This document shows, piece after piece, positions 1 to 13,676 of a DNA stretch of 64,000 nucleotides. Numbering within the stretch: the stretch's first letter is position 1; every line of letters begins with the position of its first letter. The stretch spans positions 26,474,001-26,538,000 of the forward strand of contig OZ004614.1 of assembly GCA_963924565.1 (NCBI GenBank). The letters run 5' to 3'. This DNA is from Ascidiella aspersa (lineage: Eukaryota). The notes beneath the pieces are model-generated. The model was not told the DNA's origin and made no database searches. It saw only the letters and a list, made by a program, of their open reading frames with translations. The translations under genes and the position numbers were made by a program.

Positions 1-3000
1 TTTAAGCTATAATGCTTGGGGTTTCAGTTAGACGTAGAATGAATATCAAAGCCCAAACAAAGTAGGAAGCATTTTGAATGTTTCGAACATACTTTTTTCT
101 AATATTAAGAGATAAGAGAAATTCGAAACGTTCAAATGCTTCTACTTCTATAAATGCTTTGATATTCATTCTATATATCGCTCACAACTTCGATGGCTGG
201 CATTGGCCAGTCAGCAAGGCGAAAGTATTTAGGCGAGACAACAACAGAACATTATGCTTTATTATTATGTCGAGATTTGCAATGGCCACTCTCCTCCCAG
301 CAAACGCCCACACAATGCACAAATACAAACTTTTTACGATTTGCAAAATTCAAGCTTCCTATTGAGCTGTCAGTGCGGAGGAAAGGTATAACCACAGACT
401 TAAGCTTGATTCTGTGCAGTTCAGTTTTGTGCTCGTGTTTGGGCGAAAGTGCACAGAGCATCTGGAACCACTGTGGCGCTAACGTGCGGACACTCACAAG
501 AACATTTGCTTGGCGTATGAATATCAAAGCCCGTATGGAAGTGGGTGGCATTTTGCACGCCTCGAATAAATCTTTAGTTATTTTCCAACTTTCTTGACAG
601 TGACAAATATTTCGCGGCATACTTTCCACAAAACACTCTCATAAAGTAACAATTGCCCTTAAAGTCAGGACAATAGGTAAAAAATGTAGGCGTTATTATC
701 AGTTTTCTATTCAGTGCATTCAAGCGTCGTATGCTTTTGTAATTGAACCAACTTTTTTCGACATTAACAAGTTCCGCGGAACACTTGATCTCTCGCACAC
801 AACAGAGTTTGAGGGAATCTGCCTGAACCAAGAGGGAAAAATACAGTTTTCTGATTTAAGTCAAATATATTTCAAACGAACATAACAATAAGTGGATTAA
901 ACGTTCCACGATGTAAGGTTGAGCGTTGGACCAAAGCAGTTATTATTTGTCTCTGACGGGAAACTGAAATGAAGGCGGCCGATGTGATTGAAATATTCTC
1001 ATCATATCGAGACAAAATTGCCCTTGAGCTAAATTCGCTAATAGCCCACTTAAGTAGCTTTGTGCTATAAATATATACAAGGTGCTGCGATTGGAAGCAA
1101 AGATAGTTGCCAAGCTTGTAAATACTTCATCGCCGGGAAATTTTGGAACTTACAAGTGATTCAGACGAAAGTGAAAAACAACATCCAAACTCAATAATCA
1201 GTAAATGTGGTTAGCTATCGGTTAGAACCATAGAGTGGCTTGTACATGTTAACATGTGCCTAATCATAATAAAACGGTGCGCAAATTCACACACACGCGA
1301 CATCCCAACATTGTTTGGCTAACAACCCACTTGACATTTGCAGCAGATCTCATGTTTGCACCAGCACCAACATTCGAATGTAAACTGGAAGCCTGAAGAG
1401 ATGTGACGTGATTATTGCGACTTGAGCGGGAAAGAGGATTCGATGAGGCGCGGAATAATTCATGGCGGCGCTTGTAAACGTCGGCAAACTGTCAGGAGCT
1501 TCAAAGCTTGCTTTTAACGAGGGGAGGTGGAAATGTATTGCGTCGATGAAATGTGGAACCAACATCAAACACTTCTCGGGATAAAATAAGGCGGAAAGCT
1601 GTAAATATTCATCAAAGTGCTCAGCGGACGATGGATTAGTATTCTCAATCATTCAATGACGCCTTCCAAACATTCCGTTGGATGCAAAATAAATTTCTTG
1701 TTTAGATAAATATGTCATAAATACTGCGACGCGCATTTACACAAGTGTAGTGATGTCACATAGGCGCGCATAATGATGTCATACAAACGATTGATGACAT
1801 CATAGACTACATGGCGATGCCATAGATTCGGGTGGTAAAATAGCGTAGCTTGTAATAAGAATATCAAAGCCCATACAGAAGTAGTATCATTTTGAACTTT
1901 TCGAATAACTCTTTATTTATTTTCAACATGTTGAAGCCGGATGTGTACAATGCGATACAGTTAGCAAGAGTTAAAAATATTAAACAGAAGACTAAATGGT
2001 AATATGCAAAGGAACATACTGCCAGAATCTTATTGCTGAGATCCAGTAAAACACATATCAAGTCATCACCGGATCGGGAACGCGTTAACAGGTTGAACTT
2101 TGCAAGCTTTGAGGTCCAAACTTCGCTTGGTATTCTAAAAACATTCTACGTCTAACAAATCAAGTTCAACCCCAGCCACAAATAAAATAAAAACTGCCCA
2201 GTCCTCATCCTACTAACGTAAGTAGTAAAAGTGAAAAAAATGCAATAGCAAAACATTTACTTTAAAATACAACAAGCCTAAGTTTCAAGCCTCACACCTT
2301 CCCTGTCGTCTACATTTTCCTCAAACGTGCAACCTGTTAGCGAAGTGAGTGGGTCGCGAGTAAATGTGTCACCCCCACACTGAGATCCAATCTTCCCTTG
2401 TAATCGCGACACGCAAAAGTACTTTAGGTGACGTCGAACTTCGCGCCAATCTAAACTTCAAAGCTGGTTGGGAGAAATGCAGCTGAACTTTAGCGAACCT
2501 GGTTCCGGGGTTTTAAACCAGTCGAGATTCAAAATAAACAGTAAAGGTTGAGGAGATGTTTAGCTCAACTGCAGAATTCTACGTTTTAAATCAAGATGTT
2601 TTTTCTTATACTTTTGTGTTTCTTTTTTTTTGTTTGTTGGAGAAGGCAAGCATCTTTAAAAACGAACAAAAGTATTATTATTTGACTGGTTTGCTTGAAA
2701 AGTGCAACAACGAAAATCAGTCAGCAAGGTGATAAAACTTACCCCATAAAAAATGCATTTCGCCAAGCCAGTGGCATCATCAGGTTTTCTACACAAAAAT
2801 ACTTCAGTATAAGTAAATTTATTCAACTTTATAGGAAAATTAATTATGCCATTTATCTGGCAAAATGCATATTTTACATTAAAGTTTTTACACTTTGCTG
2901 AATTATTTTGGTTCGAAGTGGTTTTATTTCTAAAGCCATCTAGTAAAATTTTAGAACTTTTACCGTCGGCTTTTTGTGTTCTGTTGCAGTAATAAAGTGT

Positions 3001-4326
3001 TTCGATGTTATTTAACATTGATTCATTTCTGAATTCCCACATTGAGGGACAAAAGAATAGCTGCTGTGATGTCACAAAGGAAGCAAATTAAGAAAATCTT
3101 GTAAAACCCCAATAAGCTATTCGGGTCAATTCAAGCGTGAAATGAAATATGATCAGGTCCTTTCAATATTTCAAAAAACATCAGGAAACAAATAAAACGC
3201 AAAGAAATCGAATAATACAATTTGAAACAGCCCAAGACTTCAAAAGTTGCCACATTTTACCAACACCACGTGGCGAAATTTCAAACCAAACATATCCGCT
3301 TGGTGTCGCAAAGTTGTTGATAATCACGGCCAGAGTTGGTTTTAAGAAAAAGCTTGAGAGACTTGCTTTTACCAAATGCGATGCTGGCTTGGCATAATAG
3401 TGCTTCCATTTATTTTGTTCTTTCAACCGTTTGTCGATTAATCAAATAATGTTGCTTCAATCCCATCTCTGGTTGTTTACTGACATCAAGTGGTTATTCA
3501 AACACTATGTTAAAGACCACAAAAAGTCGCTAAAGAATAACTTTAAGGAAAATAATAACAAATTAAAGACATCCTCAAAGCATATAATTTAAAATGCCTC
3601 ATTTGCGAAGCATAGATAGATGGAGATAGTTCGAAGCAGATTTTTCGTTGTTCAAATTATTGCCGCAAAATATCAACGCATCAACCCTTTTTTTGTTTAC
3701 TAAAAAATTAGTAATATTGCCAATCTGTTGGCTTAAATCATAAAACTCGTACTTTGAAAAGCGCAGAAACGAGCTAATAACAGATATACTCCTTACAGCT
3801 GCATGTAAAATTAGTAAACTTGTTCCTTAAATTCGTAAAGCGGATCTAAAGAGAGCGCACGGCTGTACAACCGGGTTTACTGTGTACACCCAAGTACACC
3901 AAAGTGTATAACAGGTCAAAGCTAGGGTATGCAACTAACAAAAGGTTTGCAAAGGATAAAAATAAGGTAAATATTATCACATGTGACAACTATGACAGCA
4001 TGACTTTTGTTCTTGTGTTAACCTATGTGCAATTGAAAGTAGAACAGTAATGATCCAATGCTCTATAGAGCAGGCGCTCCTGAAGTTTTTGTAACGCAGG
4101 CCGCTAAAACATTGTTTTATGGACCCCCCCCCCAATAGCGCAGAATTTGTCCACGACCATTTACAGAGATTTCCAAAGCAGGGGGTACTGGGGTCCGTGA
4201 GCTAGTGTTAGGGGGTCCATGAATCGATAATGTTTGCAAATGGCCATTCCACAAACAACTACAAACACCGATTACCCTGCTTTACCAAGATGTGATCCGC
4301 TCCAAGCGTAACAACAAACGTCTTAC

Positions 4327-7300
4327 GTGATGACGTGGTATACGATGGAGCAGAACTGGAAGTTTGGTCGCTCGAGAAAGTTGAAGATGCAGATCTTGAG
4401 GATGCGGAGTCTGGACTTGCGCTTGGATGGGACGGTGAAGTAGATGGGCTTCCCGTGCAAAGACATCTTACGCTTCCTGTACGGGACAGGGGGTGTGTCG
4501 GAGGTGTGGCCCCAGGGGGTGGGCACTCGGAGAAGCTGCAACAATAAGTCGTAAGCTGCAGACACAAGAAATTTCAGGGAAATATTTAATAAAGAGCGAA
4601 AGATTTTTAAGTCGTGAAATTATCTGTTGGTAACTTAATCACTCCTACCATCATTGAATTACAAACTGTTTTATAATAAAGCAAGGTTGTGCGAAAGTTT
4701 GCGAATTTATACAAATTGTTGTTAATAGTATCACAATATAAGTTGTTTTTTCAAGTAGTAATAAAACGTGTGTAGCATTTGTTTCTACTGTTTGTTAAAT
4801 GTTGAAATTAAACTTAAAAATTGCTTATTGTGTGAAATCCAACTTACGGTTGCGGCGAGAGAAGGTCTCCTACCGCTTCGGATATTGTGCTTTCCTCTCG
4901 ACGAATCATCGTTTGACACGTCATCAGTATGAGGATGGTCGGAAGTGAGATACTGGAAGTGAACAGGGCTCGAAATTACGGAGGCTTATTGCAGGAGTCG
5001 AAATTACAAGGCGGACATATTACAGGGATCGAAATTACAAGGCGGATCTGTTGCAGGGGTTAAAATTACGAGGCGGATTTATTGCAGGGTTTGAAATTAC
5101 AAGGCGGATTTATTGCAGGGCTCGAAATTACAAGGCGGACATATTACAGGGGTCGAAATTACAAGGCGGACATGTTACAGGGTTTGAAATTAAAAGGCGG
5201 ATTTATTGCAGGGCTCGAAATTACAAGGCGGACATATTACAGGGCTCGAAATTACAAGGCGGATTTATTGCAGGGCTCAAAATTACAAGGCGGACATGTT
5301 ACAGGGCTCGAAATTACAAGGCGGAGCTGTTGCAGGGGTCGAAATTACAAGGCGGATCTGTTGCAGGGGTCAAAATTACGAGGCGGATTTATTGCAGGGC
5401 TCGAAATTACAAAGCGGATTTATTGCAGGGTTCGAAATTACAAGGCGGATTTATTGTAGGGCTCGAAATTACAAGGCGGATTTATTGCAAGGCTCGAAAT
5501 TACGAGGCGGATTTATTGCAGGGTTTGAAATTACAAGGCGGATTTATTGCAGGGCTCGAAATTACAAGGCAGGCATGTTACAGGGGTCGAAATTACAAGG
5601 CGGATCTGTTACAGTGGCGAAATTACAAGGTGGGCATATTACAGGGTTCGAAATTACAAGGCGGATTTATTGCAGGGCTCAAAATTACAAGGCGGACATG
5701 TTACAGGGGTTGAAATAACAAGGCGGATCTGTTACAGGGGTCGAAATTTTATTGCAGGGGCTCGAAATTACGAGGCGGATTTATTGCAGGGTTCGAAATT
5801 ACAAGGCGGATTTATTGCAGGGCTCGAAATTACGAGGCGGATTTATTGCAGGGTTCGAAATTACAAGGCGGATCTGTTACAGGGGTCGAAATTACGAGGC
5901 GGATTTATTGCAGGGCTCGAAATTACAAGGCGGATCTGTTGCAAGGGTCGAAATTACAAGGCGGATTTATTGCAGGGCTCGAAATTACAAGGCGGATTTA
6001 TTGCAGGGCTCGAAATTACAAGGCGGATTTATTGTAGGGCTCGAAATTACAAGGCGGAAATATTACAAGGGTCGAAAATACAAGGCAGATCTGTTGCAGG
6101 GGTCGAAATTACAAGGTGGGCATATTACAAGGGTCGAAATTACAAGGCAGATCTGTTCCTGGGGTCGAAATTACAAGGCGGATGTATTGCAGTGCTCTAA
6201 ATTACAAGGTGGGCATATTACAGGGTTTGAAATTACAAGGCGGATCTGTTGCAGGGGTTGAAATTACTTTACATAACCCCTTTGACAAGTAAATGAAAAG
6301 TTGTTTCAAAAAATGTTTTGCAATTTACTAAACCTGACGTAATTGCAAGTTGTCGTTGCTGAAGTAAAGCAACATTTTGGGCTACATATGGTGGTTAATA
6401 AAAGCAAAACTTAACTTAAATTTCGCATATTTTCATTTAAACTATTTTGTTGAACTGACAAAACGATGCTATGTGATCATTTTAAAATATTGCATATCGG
6501 AACAAACAAAGAATCGTGCATTCCAGGTGAGAACAATTTAACATAAGAACCTTCTTGTTTGGGTTGAGATTAAGAATGTTGTGAAATAAATTTATATTTA
6601 AATTGCTGCTTACTTTAAATGTCAAGAAGCGCCTAAAATATTCATGCGGCGGCAAAATGGCCTTTAAACTTCTAAAATCGATGTTGGGCGAAAATGACAC
6701 GAGAGTGAATTGTCTCCAACGTCTGCCAGATGCTAAGCTTTTAAAGGCTAAGGTGCGAAGATGTACCCAAATGAAATGCAATCGCCCGAAACCCTTATTG
6801 TTAATATTTTGCGAACATGAAAAAAGGGGAATTTGAGTTCAACTTTATATGCGCTTTGTTTCATTGTTACACATTACACAAAAATACAAAAAAGAAAAAA
6901 GTAACTTGTCCTTTCCTATGTGAGCCGCTTTATTGAAAAGCTAGTGATTCGCACATTTTCACTTGCCACCGCTTATTTTCACACCGTTGTACAAACTGCG
7001 TTAAAAGCACTTAACGTTGAAAGGTTCTTGATGAGCCTGAAGCAATGCGAGGATAAGTGGCAGGATTGTAAATCACAAGAGTTTCTGGTTATAAAGACAA
7101 ACAACAACAACAGCCGACCACAGCCGGGGAATATGGCTAACTTGCAAATCTCCCGTAAGCCCACCTTAAGCCTACCAAACATAAATAACTATAGGTAACA
7201 AGTTAAAGACCTTAACTGTAAACTAAAGCTTTTAGATCTATAATATTGTTTGCTGCAAGGATTTGTAGCTAAGATGAAAAACTAGTATAACCCTCTAAAG

Positions 7301-7792
7301 TTATCACTTTCCAGGATTAGGTTAGTATTTAAAATCTTAAAGTAATAAATAATTGGTTAAAACTATTTTTCCACCAGAGTTAAAATCTAACCCGTTTAAG
7401 TCGTTGTTAAAATTACCAGCTATAAACCTCAAATTTATTTTCGTCAAATTTACCGGAAGTTCAAGAATTGCCTATATTGGAAGAAACCGTAAAACCATTT
7501 TTTTAATACGTAATAAGAATATCAAAGCCCATACAGAAGTAGGTATCATTTTGAACGTTTCAAAATAAATAAAGAGTTATTCGAAACGTCCAAAATGATA
7601 CCTACTTATGTATGGGCTTTGATATTCTTATTACATCTTACTACAACCTCCAACCATTATGCTCCTTAAACAATCTCTAATTATTTTATTTACCGGAAGT
7701 GCGCTTGGAAACTGCAAGCTTCGGGGAGTTTCCCTTATGTCGTCATCAATGTCGTCATCATCGAACACCTCAGCAAACGTCACACGTGACAT
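4327..7792 (-). CDS. KCNQ: KCNQ (Kv7) voltage-gated potassium channel, first three coding exons (gene continues beyond window start)
   Basis: Exons 7792-7694 (MSRVTFAEVFDDDDIDDDIRETPRSLQFPSALP), 4952-4848 (YLTSDHPH...GRRPSLAAT) and 4535-4327 (LLRVPTP...RKMSLHGKPIYF...RLRILKICIFNFLERPNFQFCSIVYHVI). GT/AG boundaries join in phase 0. MSLxGKP and NFLERP...YH are the KCNQ pre-S1 motifs. The third exon is supported by family motifs; the first two only by splice signals and phase. Confidence 0.8.
4964..6267. repeat. 31-bp minisatellite (~42 copies) in a KCNQ intron, abutting the acceptor of coding exon 2
   Basis: Unit ~GGGCTCGAAATTACAAGGCGGATTTATTGCA. On the - strand it ends ~11 nt before the exon starting at 4952. 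Confidence 0.95.
7509..7665. mobile_element. Dispersed hairpin repeat family (core GAATATCAAAGCCCATACAGAAGTAGG)
   Basis: Full hairpin here and at ~6-173; single arms at ~510-580, 1851-1930 and 26510-26618; a degenerate copy at ~52883-52998. Confidence 0.85.
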
Positions 7793-9640
7793 TATTACGT
7801 CACGATACACCTCCTATTGTTACGGGACAATCTGCGAACAAATTATTTCATTTATACATAATCAAGAATGCGTTGTGACGTAATAATGACAAAAGTCTGC
7901 GCGCCGAAAGGCGAAAAACATGAAATATTTTTTTTTACCGAACTTATATGCACACGATTTCAAAACTCATTAAAAATCCGCTTCTCAATAAAATACAATG
8001 AGTTTATGGTTTAACTCAGTTTCTCACAACAAATGCCGAGCATTGAACACTCGGCGTCCGATTGTACTTAATCGCCAACAATTTATTGCAAAACCCTATA
8101 AAAAACCTTCCAACAAAGAAGAACAACAAAGTTATACTTTTTATCGAAACCTCTGTATATAAACTGTTGCTACCAAAACCTCTTTATGTTAAGCAACTTT
8201 GCTGCCAAGCAACTTGCAAGTCTCACAAATGCCCGCTAATATCTTCCACACAGCAGAAAGTTTGGTGATTGCAAAAGTGTTGTTTCAGGTTTGGGTTCTC
8301 ACTCTAATCCAACTCACTTCCTCAAACCAACCTTCTAGACTAACGTTTCAACCGCTCGCACACTCGACGTTGTGACGTTACTTTCACACGCGCGATACAT
8401 GCGTGCTCAACCATGCGTGACGCAACTTGCAAGAGGGTGAGAGTCTGTTGTGACGTAACAAACAACCGCTGTCTAACAATGAAATTATATAACTGTGGCA
8501 TAAATGGCGCTGTATTTCGTTAAAATAACACCGGATATACTAAGTGTAAAGATAAGGCAACTGCTTGCTGCGATATTTATTAAAAAAAACAAAATATTTG
8601 TTTGCTTTTGGTATTCAGATAAAAAATCAGCGAAAATCCTGAATAATTTATATATTTACACATTACACAGTCATATTTTAAGCATAGAAGAAACAACATG
8701 AAAGCTGAAAGACTTGTAGATAAAGTTGTGTCAAGTGCGGAATAAATCACCACGTTTGAAAAGGGTTGTTTGAAATGTTCGCACAAAGCGCTTACTTCTA
8801 AAGACTTGTGCTTGAAAGACCTTAAGCCTACTAACACCTCACTATAACAACAACAATACAACTTCAAAGCACTCTCCCTTAGCCGAACAAAATTAAATCT
8901 AAAGTATTGTGACGTCAGTGTTGAAACAATGTCGTCGCGCGCTATACAAACAATAGCTCCAATGTCCCGCGAAAGTTTGGTTCGGAAATAACTTGCACCG
9001 CAAACAAAAGCAACTATTTTCATTATTGACAAGAAAATGTAAATTTAATAAAAAAAAAAAGTAAACTTTAACTTGATTTAAAAACAACGAAAAATTGGTA
9101 AACCGACAAACGGTGGCGAATATATTTAATGCATTTCGAGATTTGCTCGAAAATTCTTTCAATATTAAAGCACATTTTTTTCGTCCCCAAAGTTAGGCGA
9201 TAAATAAAAAGATTGGACGCTTGTATTTCTCTAGTAATGCGCAATAACGACTTAAAAAAACTCAATATAGTCGCTTTCAGTGACGTCATTTTACGCGTAA
9301 TGACGTCATAAAACACAAAGTTTTGAATAAAGAACAACATAAGTTCAACACCTATAGCAAAACCTGTATTTTACATGTTAACAGCTTTAAATTAAAATAA
9401 CTTTATCTTGCGAATGCATTTTGCAAATTTATTATTTATTTAACTTTTAAGCAGATTTAAGGCAAAATATACATGATTAACCAACGTTATATGCTCTTAA
9501 TTTCGAAATAGACGTTTGAGTGAACCACTTAGTTCGCGTTGTCAAAACAAGACGATTACATTCTATCACTCGGCATGTTTTCAAACTGTCGAACGACCAA
9601 ATAACAGACAGGTATTTTCACCACACAAGAACTGTTAAAT

Positions 9641-10135
9641 GATATATGGGAGCAAATTCTAGCAAAGTTCACTGTTTTGCGTCGAAACATTGTAAAGTGT
9701 GTTGGTAGCGTTAAAACAACAACAAAGTAGCTCACAAAGTGTCAGTGATATTTTGGGCCAAAAGTTCGTAAACTTGAACTTGATCTTTACGCCATCGACT
9801 TTGCGCGTTTTAATATCACCAAATATCGCTCATTTTTGACACCGAACAAACATTACAAGCCGGTCGCTAATTGATCAAAAATGTAGGTACGCTATCGCCT
9901 TGCAAAATCGACATATACTTGGGTGCCTAGAAAGGTGACAATTTAAAGGCGCTCTGATATATGGGAGAAATTCTAAAAACTTCACAGTTTAACGTGGAAA
10001 CATTATTAAGTGTGTTAGGCGTGTTAACACAACAAAGTATAAAGATGTCAGTGATATTTTCGGGTCAAAAAACAAAGACATAACGTTATTTGGAACATCG
10101 CCATATACTTGGCTGTTAACAAAGGCGACATTATG
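9641..10135. repeat. Diverged local tandem duplication (~316-bp period)
   Basis: GATATATGGGAG..AAATTCTA, AAGTGTGTT, TGTCAGTGATATTTT and CATATACTTGG occur in the same order starting at ~9641 and ~9956. Confidence 0.8.
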
Positions 10136-13100
10136 AAGGAATGTCGCATAAGTATACCTGGCTCAATTAAACCAAGCACAGTCACGGTTGAGCGGGCGCT
10201 GTGGGCAATTGCTCAAAATCGCATGACGTTTCAAGAGGGTAGGGTGGGGGTGAAATTTCAGCAGAAACCCTGGGTAAGTGAGTGAGGGGGTTTAAGGGTT
10301 TCAGGTCTGGGGTTAAATCGAGCCATAGATGAAAGCGTTGAAAGGTGCGTGAGCAAGCCTGCTGAGGAGAAGTCTGCATTAAAACATTCGGCGAGGTTAA
10401 CTTGCTTAAGTTCACACACCTCAGTGGTTGACCAAGTGTAGCTTCACATTAAGTTCTGCAAACCAAGTTGTTTTAACACAAGATTTCTTATATTTTTCAC
10501 AACTTGCAACTCCCAAATGTACACGGGTTATAATAATAAGAACAACTTTTTGAGCAAAACGTCTTAGAACTTGCGCCATCTTTCACCTGTTTAAATATTC
10601 AACTATACCGTCCCTAACTGCTTCTTAACCCACTGACAAGTAAAAAAAGTTATCCCCTTTCGATTTTATGAACATAACATTCAGGCTCCGCAAGTTTGAC
10701 CAAATGATTAAACCTCTGTTGCGATTTGTATTTGGGTGAAACTGGCGAGTCCAGGCTGGCCGACTGAACACGAACTTGTTTTCCGCTAAGTGTGACGTCA
10801 CGCCGAATTCAGGCGAATAAAACCAAGAGGAAATTACCATCCGAGCGTAAATCCACTTTATTGTCGATTATGGAGCTAATTTATACAATTACACAAGCTT
10901 GGCAAAACAAGGTTAATTTGCGAGTTATTTAAGGGCGATATTGCTGCGAATAACAACGCTAGTTACAAAGCATTAATTAAGCCTTTCAGCAGTTACTGCT
11001 GTTGCAAAGAAATCTTTATTCGATTATGGCATTATTTTGAAAGGCTTTTGATTGAATATAACGTCATACAAGCCCTACCACTGGAATATTCTAGCAACCA
11101 GTGTCTCCCTGGATACTTGAACCGATAAAACAAATAAGTAGGATGAATTGCCCAACTGCTGCGTGGCATGATCGCTTGACCGACAGAATTTGGACAGAAC
11201 CAAAGTACGGCCTGGGGTTAAAATGTTGCCATAATGAACTAAATACCTTTATTAGTACTTACTGAAATATTAGTAAAACTACAAACTTGTGTGTTTCGTT
11301 TATAATCAAATCAATAGCGTTCGAAACAACTTTTTATTTATACCCCGCAATCGCCACACCGAACAGTTATCCGTCTTTTTTTAAAAGGTTTGGTGGCCCC
11401 TGGTTAAGAACAAAAATTTTTAACCATGGTTTTGGGAAAGTAAGTATCGACCAGATTAGATGCAATTCATGCATCTTTACAACACCAAATTTTCGCAATT
11501 GTTTGATAATTTGGCGAAGTAAAAAAGGCAACTTTGAACAAAGCAGCTTTGACACAAGCTACACGTAAAGTACACACTATTGGCACACGGGGATTTCCCA
11601 CAGGTGATCTAACGTACAAAGGGAGGAGCTTTCTGGTTTGTTCTAAGGCCTGAAATGACCTTGGTTTGGTTTCAGGGCCGATTAAATGACCTTCGACTAA
11701 AGGGTATTTTTGCTGCTTCGTTAAATGCAATTGGGGGGACTTAAACATAGTTTTGTGTTGGAAAGTATTCTGCGGAAAAACTTAAAGTGGATGGGAGTTG
11801 GAATAATACGAAGGTGGCTAAAACAAAACTTGAAAATAAAACTTCATTGCTTTTAAAATTAATGCCTTGAATAAAGAGTTCAACTTACAGACCAAATAAT
11901 CTTGTCTACATTCATGTCTTAACATAATAAATTGCTTCATACAACCTCAAAAACCACTATGACGTCGATAATAAACATTGTTTAATTGGAACATTTACAC
12001 AATGTAGTTTTTCCCAAACCTTCAATATTGGGAGGTTTTTGAGTGAAATCAATATCAGTTCAAATACATAAAGCCGATAATTCGATTTAGGAAGGTCAGT
12101 GTGCTGAAGCCAAGCTCGAGTTTTATCCAACTTTCTGTCAGCGACCCGGAGTAATCGAATTTCTGCGCATAATTACTCCGATCAAACTAGCATTAGGTCG
12201 TTGGATGGCAGCTAATTTGCTAATAGCGGGCTTAACATAATTTAAAATTAATTCCAAGCACAGGAAATAATTCCAAGTCAGACGTACACCTTTACCTTGA
12301 CTTACAGGAAAATATCAGATGTATTTCGAAATCCATCTTTCTATAGCAGTTGCAAATAGAGAAATCGTTTCATATCAAATTAATTTAGGTCGCGTTTCCC
12401 AACGAAAAAACATCTGATCTACAAACACTTCAGTTTTCTATTTGTTCCGTCTTTAAATTATGGAACAACGCATCTTTGGAAGTCCGTTTTACAGAAGCGA
12501 AAATAAAACTTTGCAGGTCGGGAAAGACAAGAAACATTAAAAAATCCATAAAAAATTTGCTTGTAAATTGACACAAAGTCAAACAGAAGATGATATTTTC
12601 ACTCCAATAATTGAGTCACGAAGCCTGCGCATTTTCTAGTTTTTCGCTTACGCCATTTTTATACTTTGCCTTACTTGAAACACCTCGTACACGACAAAGC
12701 TACAAACAATAACCTTGTGAACGAGCAGCAAAGCGCCATCTGCCGAGATATCGCCACAAACTTCAAAGTTGTTCGAACTTCTTGCGAGAAGAAGGTTCAG
12801 CTACTTTCGTCACTCGACTTACATTCCACCTCACACCAAAGTCGCACGGGGGTACTTGTCTCCCCCTTAACCCCTGGTTATCAGTATTATTCGGTCATAA
12901 TGCGAAATTTCTCTACAGTGACACAACAATAGTTAAAGCGAGGTTGTCACCCGTTTTGTGCCAAACTTTCTGCAAAACTATTTTCTGACGACTTTTTTGA
13001 GGAATTGTGAGTAACCGCGCGTGACCAGCCAAGCGTGAACATGTGTTGTTACGAAACAATGGCGAAATGTGACGTTTGTGAGAGAACAAACACAGAATTG

Positions 13101-13612
13101 CCAGAGTTTGGATCAAATTTCGGGTAAAAGGGTGAAACTGGTGGGTACAAACATGGGGAATCCCCTACATGACTGCTCGGGTGAGACCAACACCACAGGT
13201 TCTTTACGTTTTAGCTCGGGGAAGCGTTGTGGAAACGTCAAGATGCCAGTGCTGTTTCAAAATACAGGGAACTTAAGACTTTATGTAAATCTTCCTGTAG
13301 TTTGTATTTACGCCATTTTCTAATAAATTAAGCGTAAGGCAAGTTAAAACAAAGATTTAACAATTAAAGATTAGGCTTTTTGAATTAGGAAAATCGTTAA
13401 CAGGAGTTAGGCTCAACGCTTAATTTAAAAGCTAACTTAATTACACAAAACCTTAATTAAGTTTCGTTTGATTAACTGACTGATTACTTTTAAAGTTACT
13501 TCACTGCAATGTATTGGGTGTTCTTTAAACATACAGAAGTGTATGCAGTTTTAACAACTTCAAGTTAAATGTTTTACTTTTGTCACTTGGTAACTAACTT
13601 TTTGTCTAAACC

Positions 13613-13676
13613 CTTCACATTACGTCACACAAATTCTTCACATTACGTCACACAAATACTTCACATTACGTCACAA
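13613..13676. repeat. 23-bp tandem repeat, 3 copies
   Basis: CTTCACATTACGTCACACAAAT(T/A) x3. Confidence 0.85.

Noticed and set aside
1-4326. Further KCNQ exons (S1-S6) or the ORF at 1350-1652
   Set aside because: No transmembrane or pore-motif exon was found; the region appears to be intron.
5051-6261. Long overlapping + strand ORFs (up to 220 aa)
   Set aside because: Artefact of a 31-bp repeat that rarely has stops on that strand; the same peptides cycle through all three frames.
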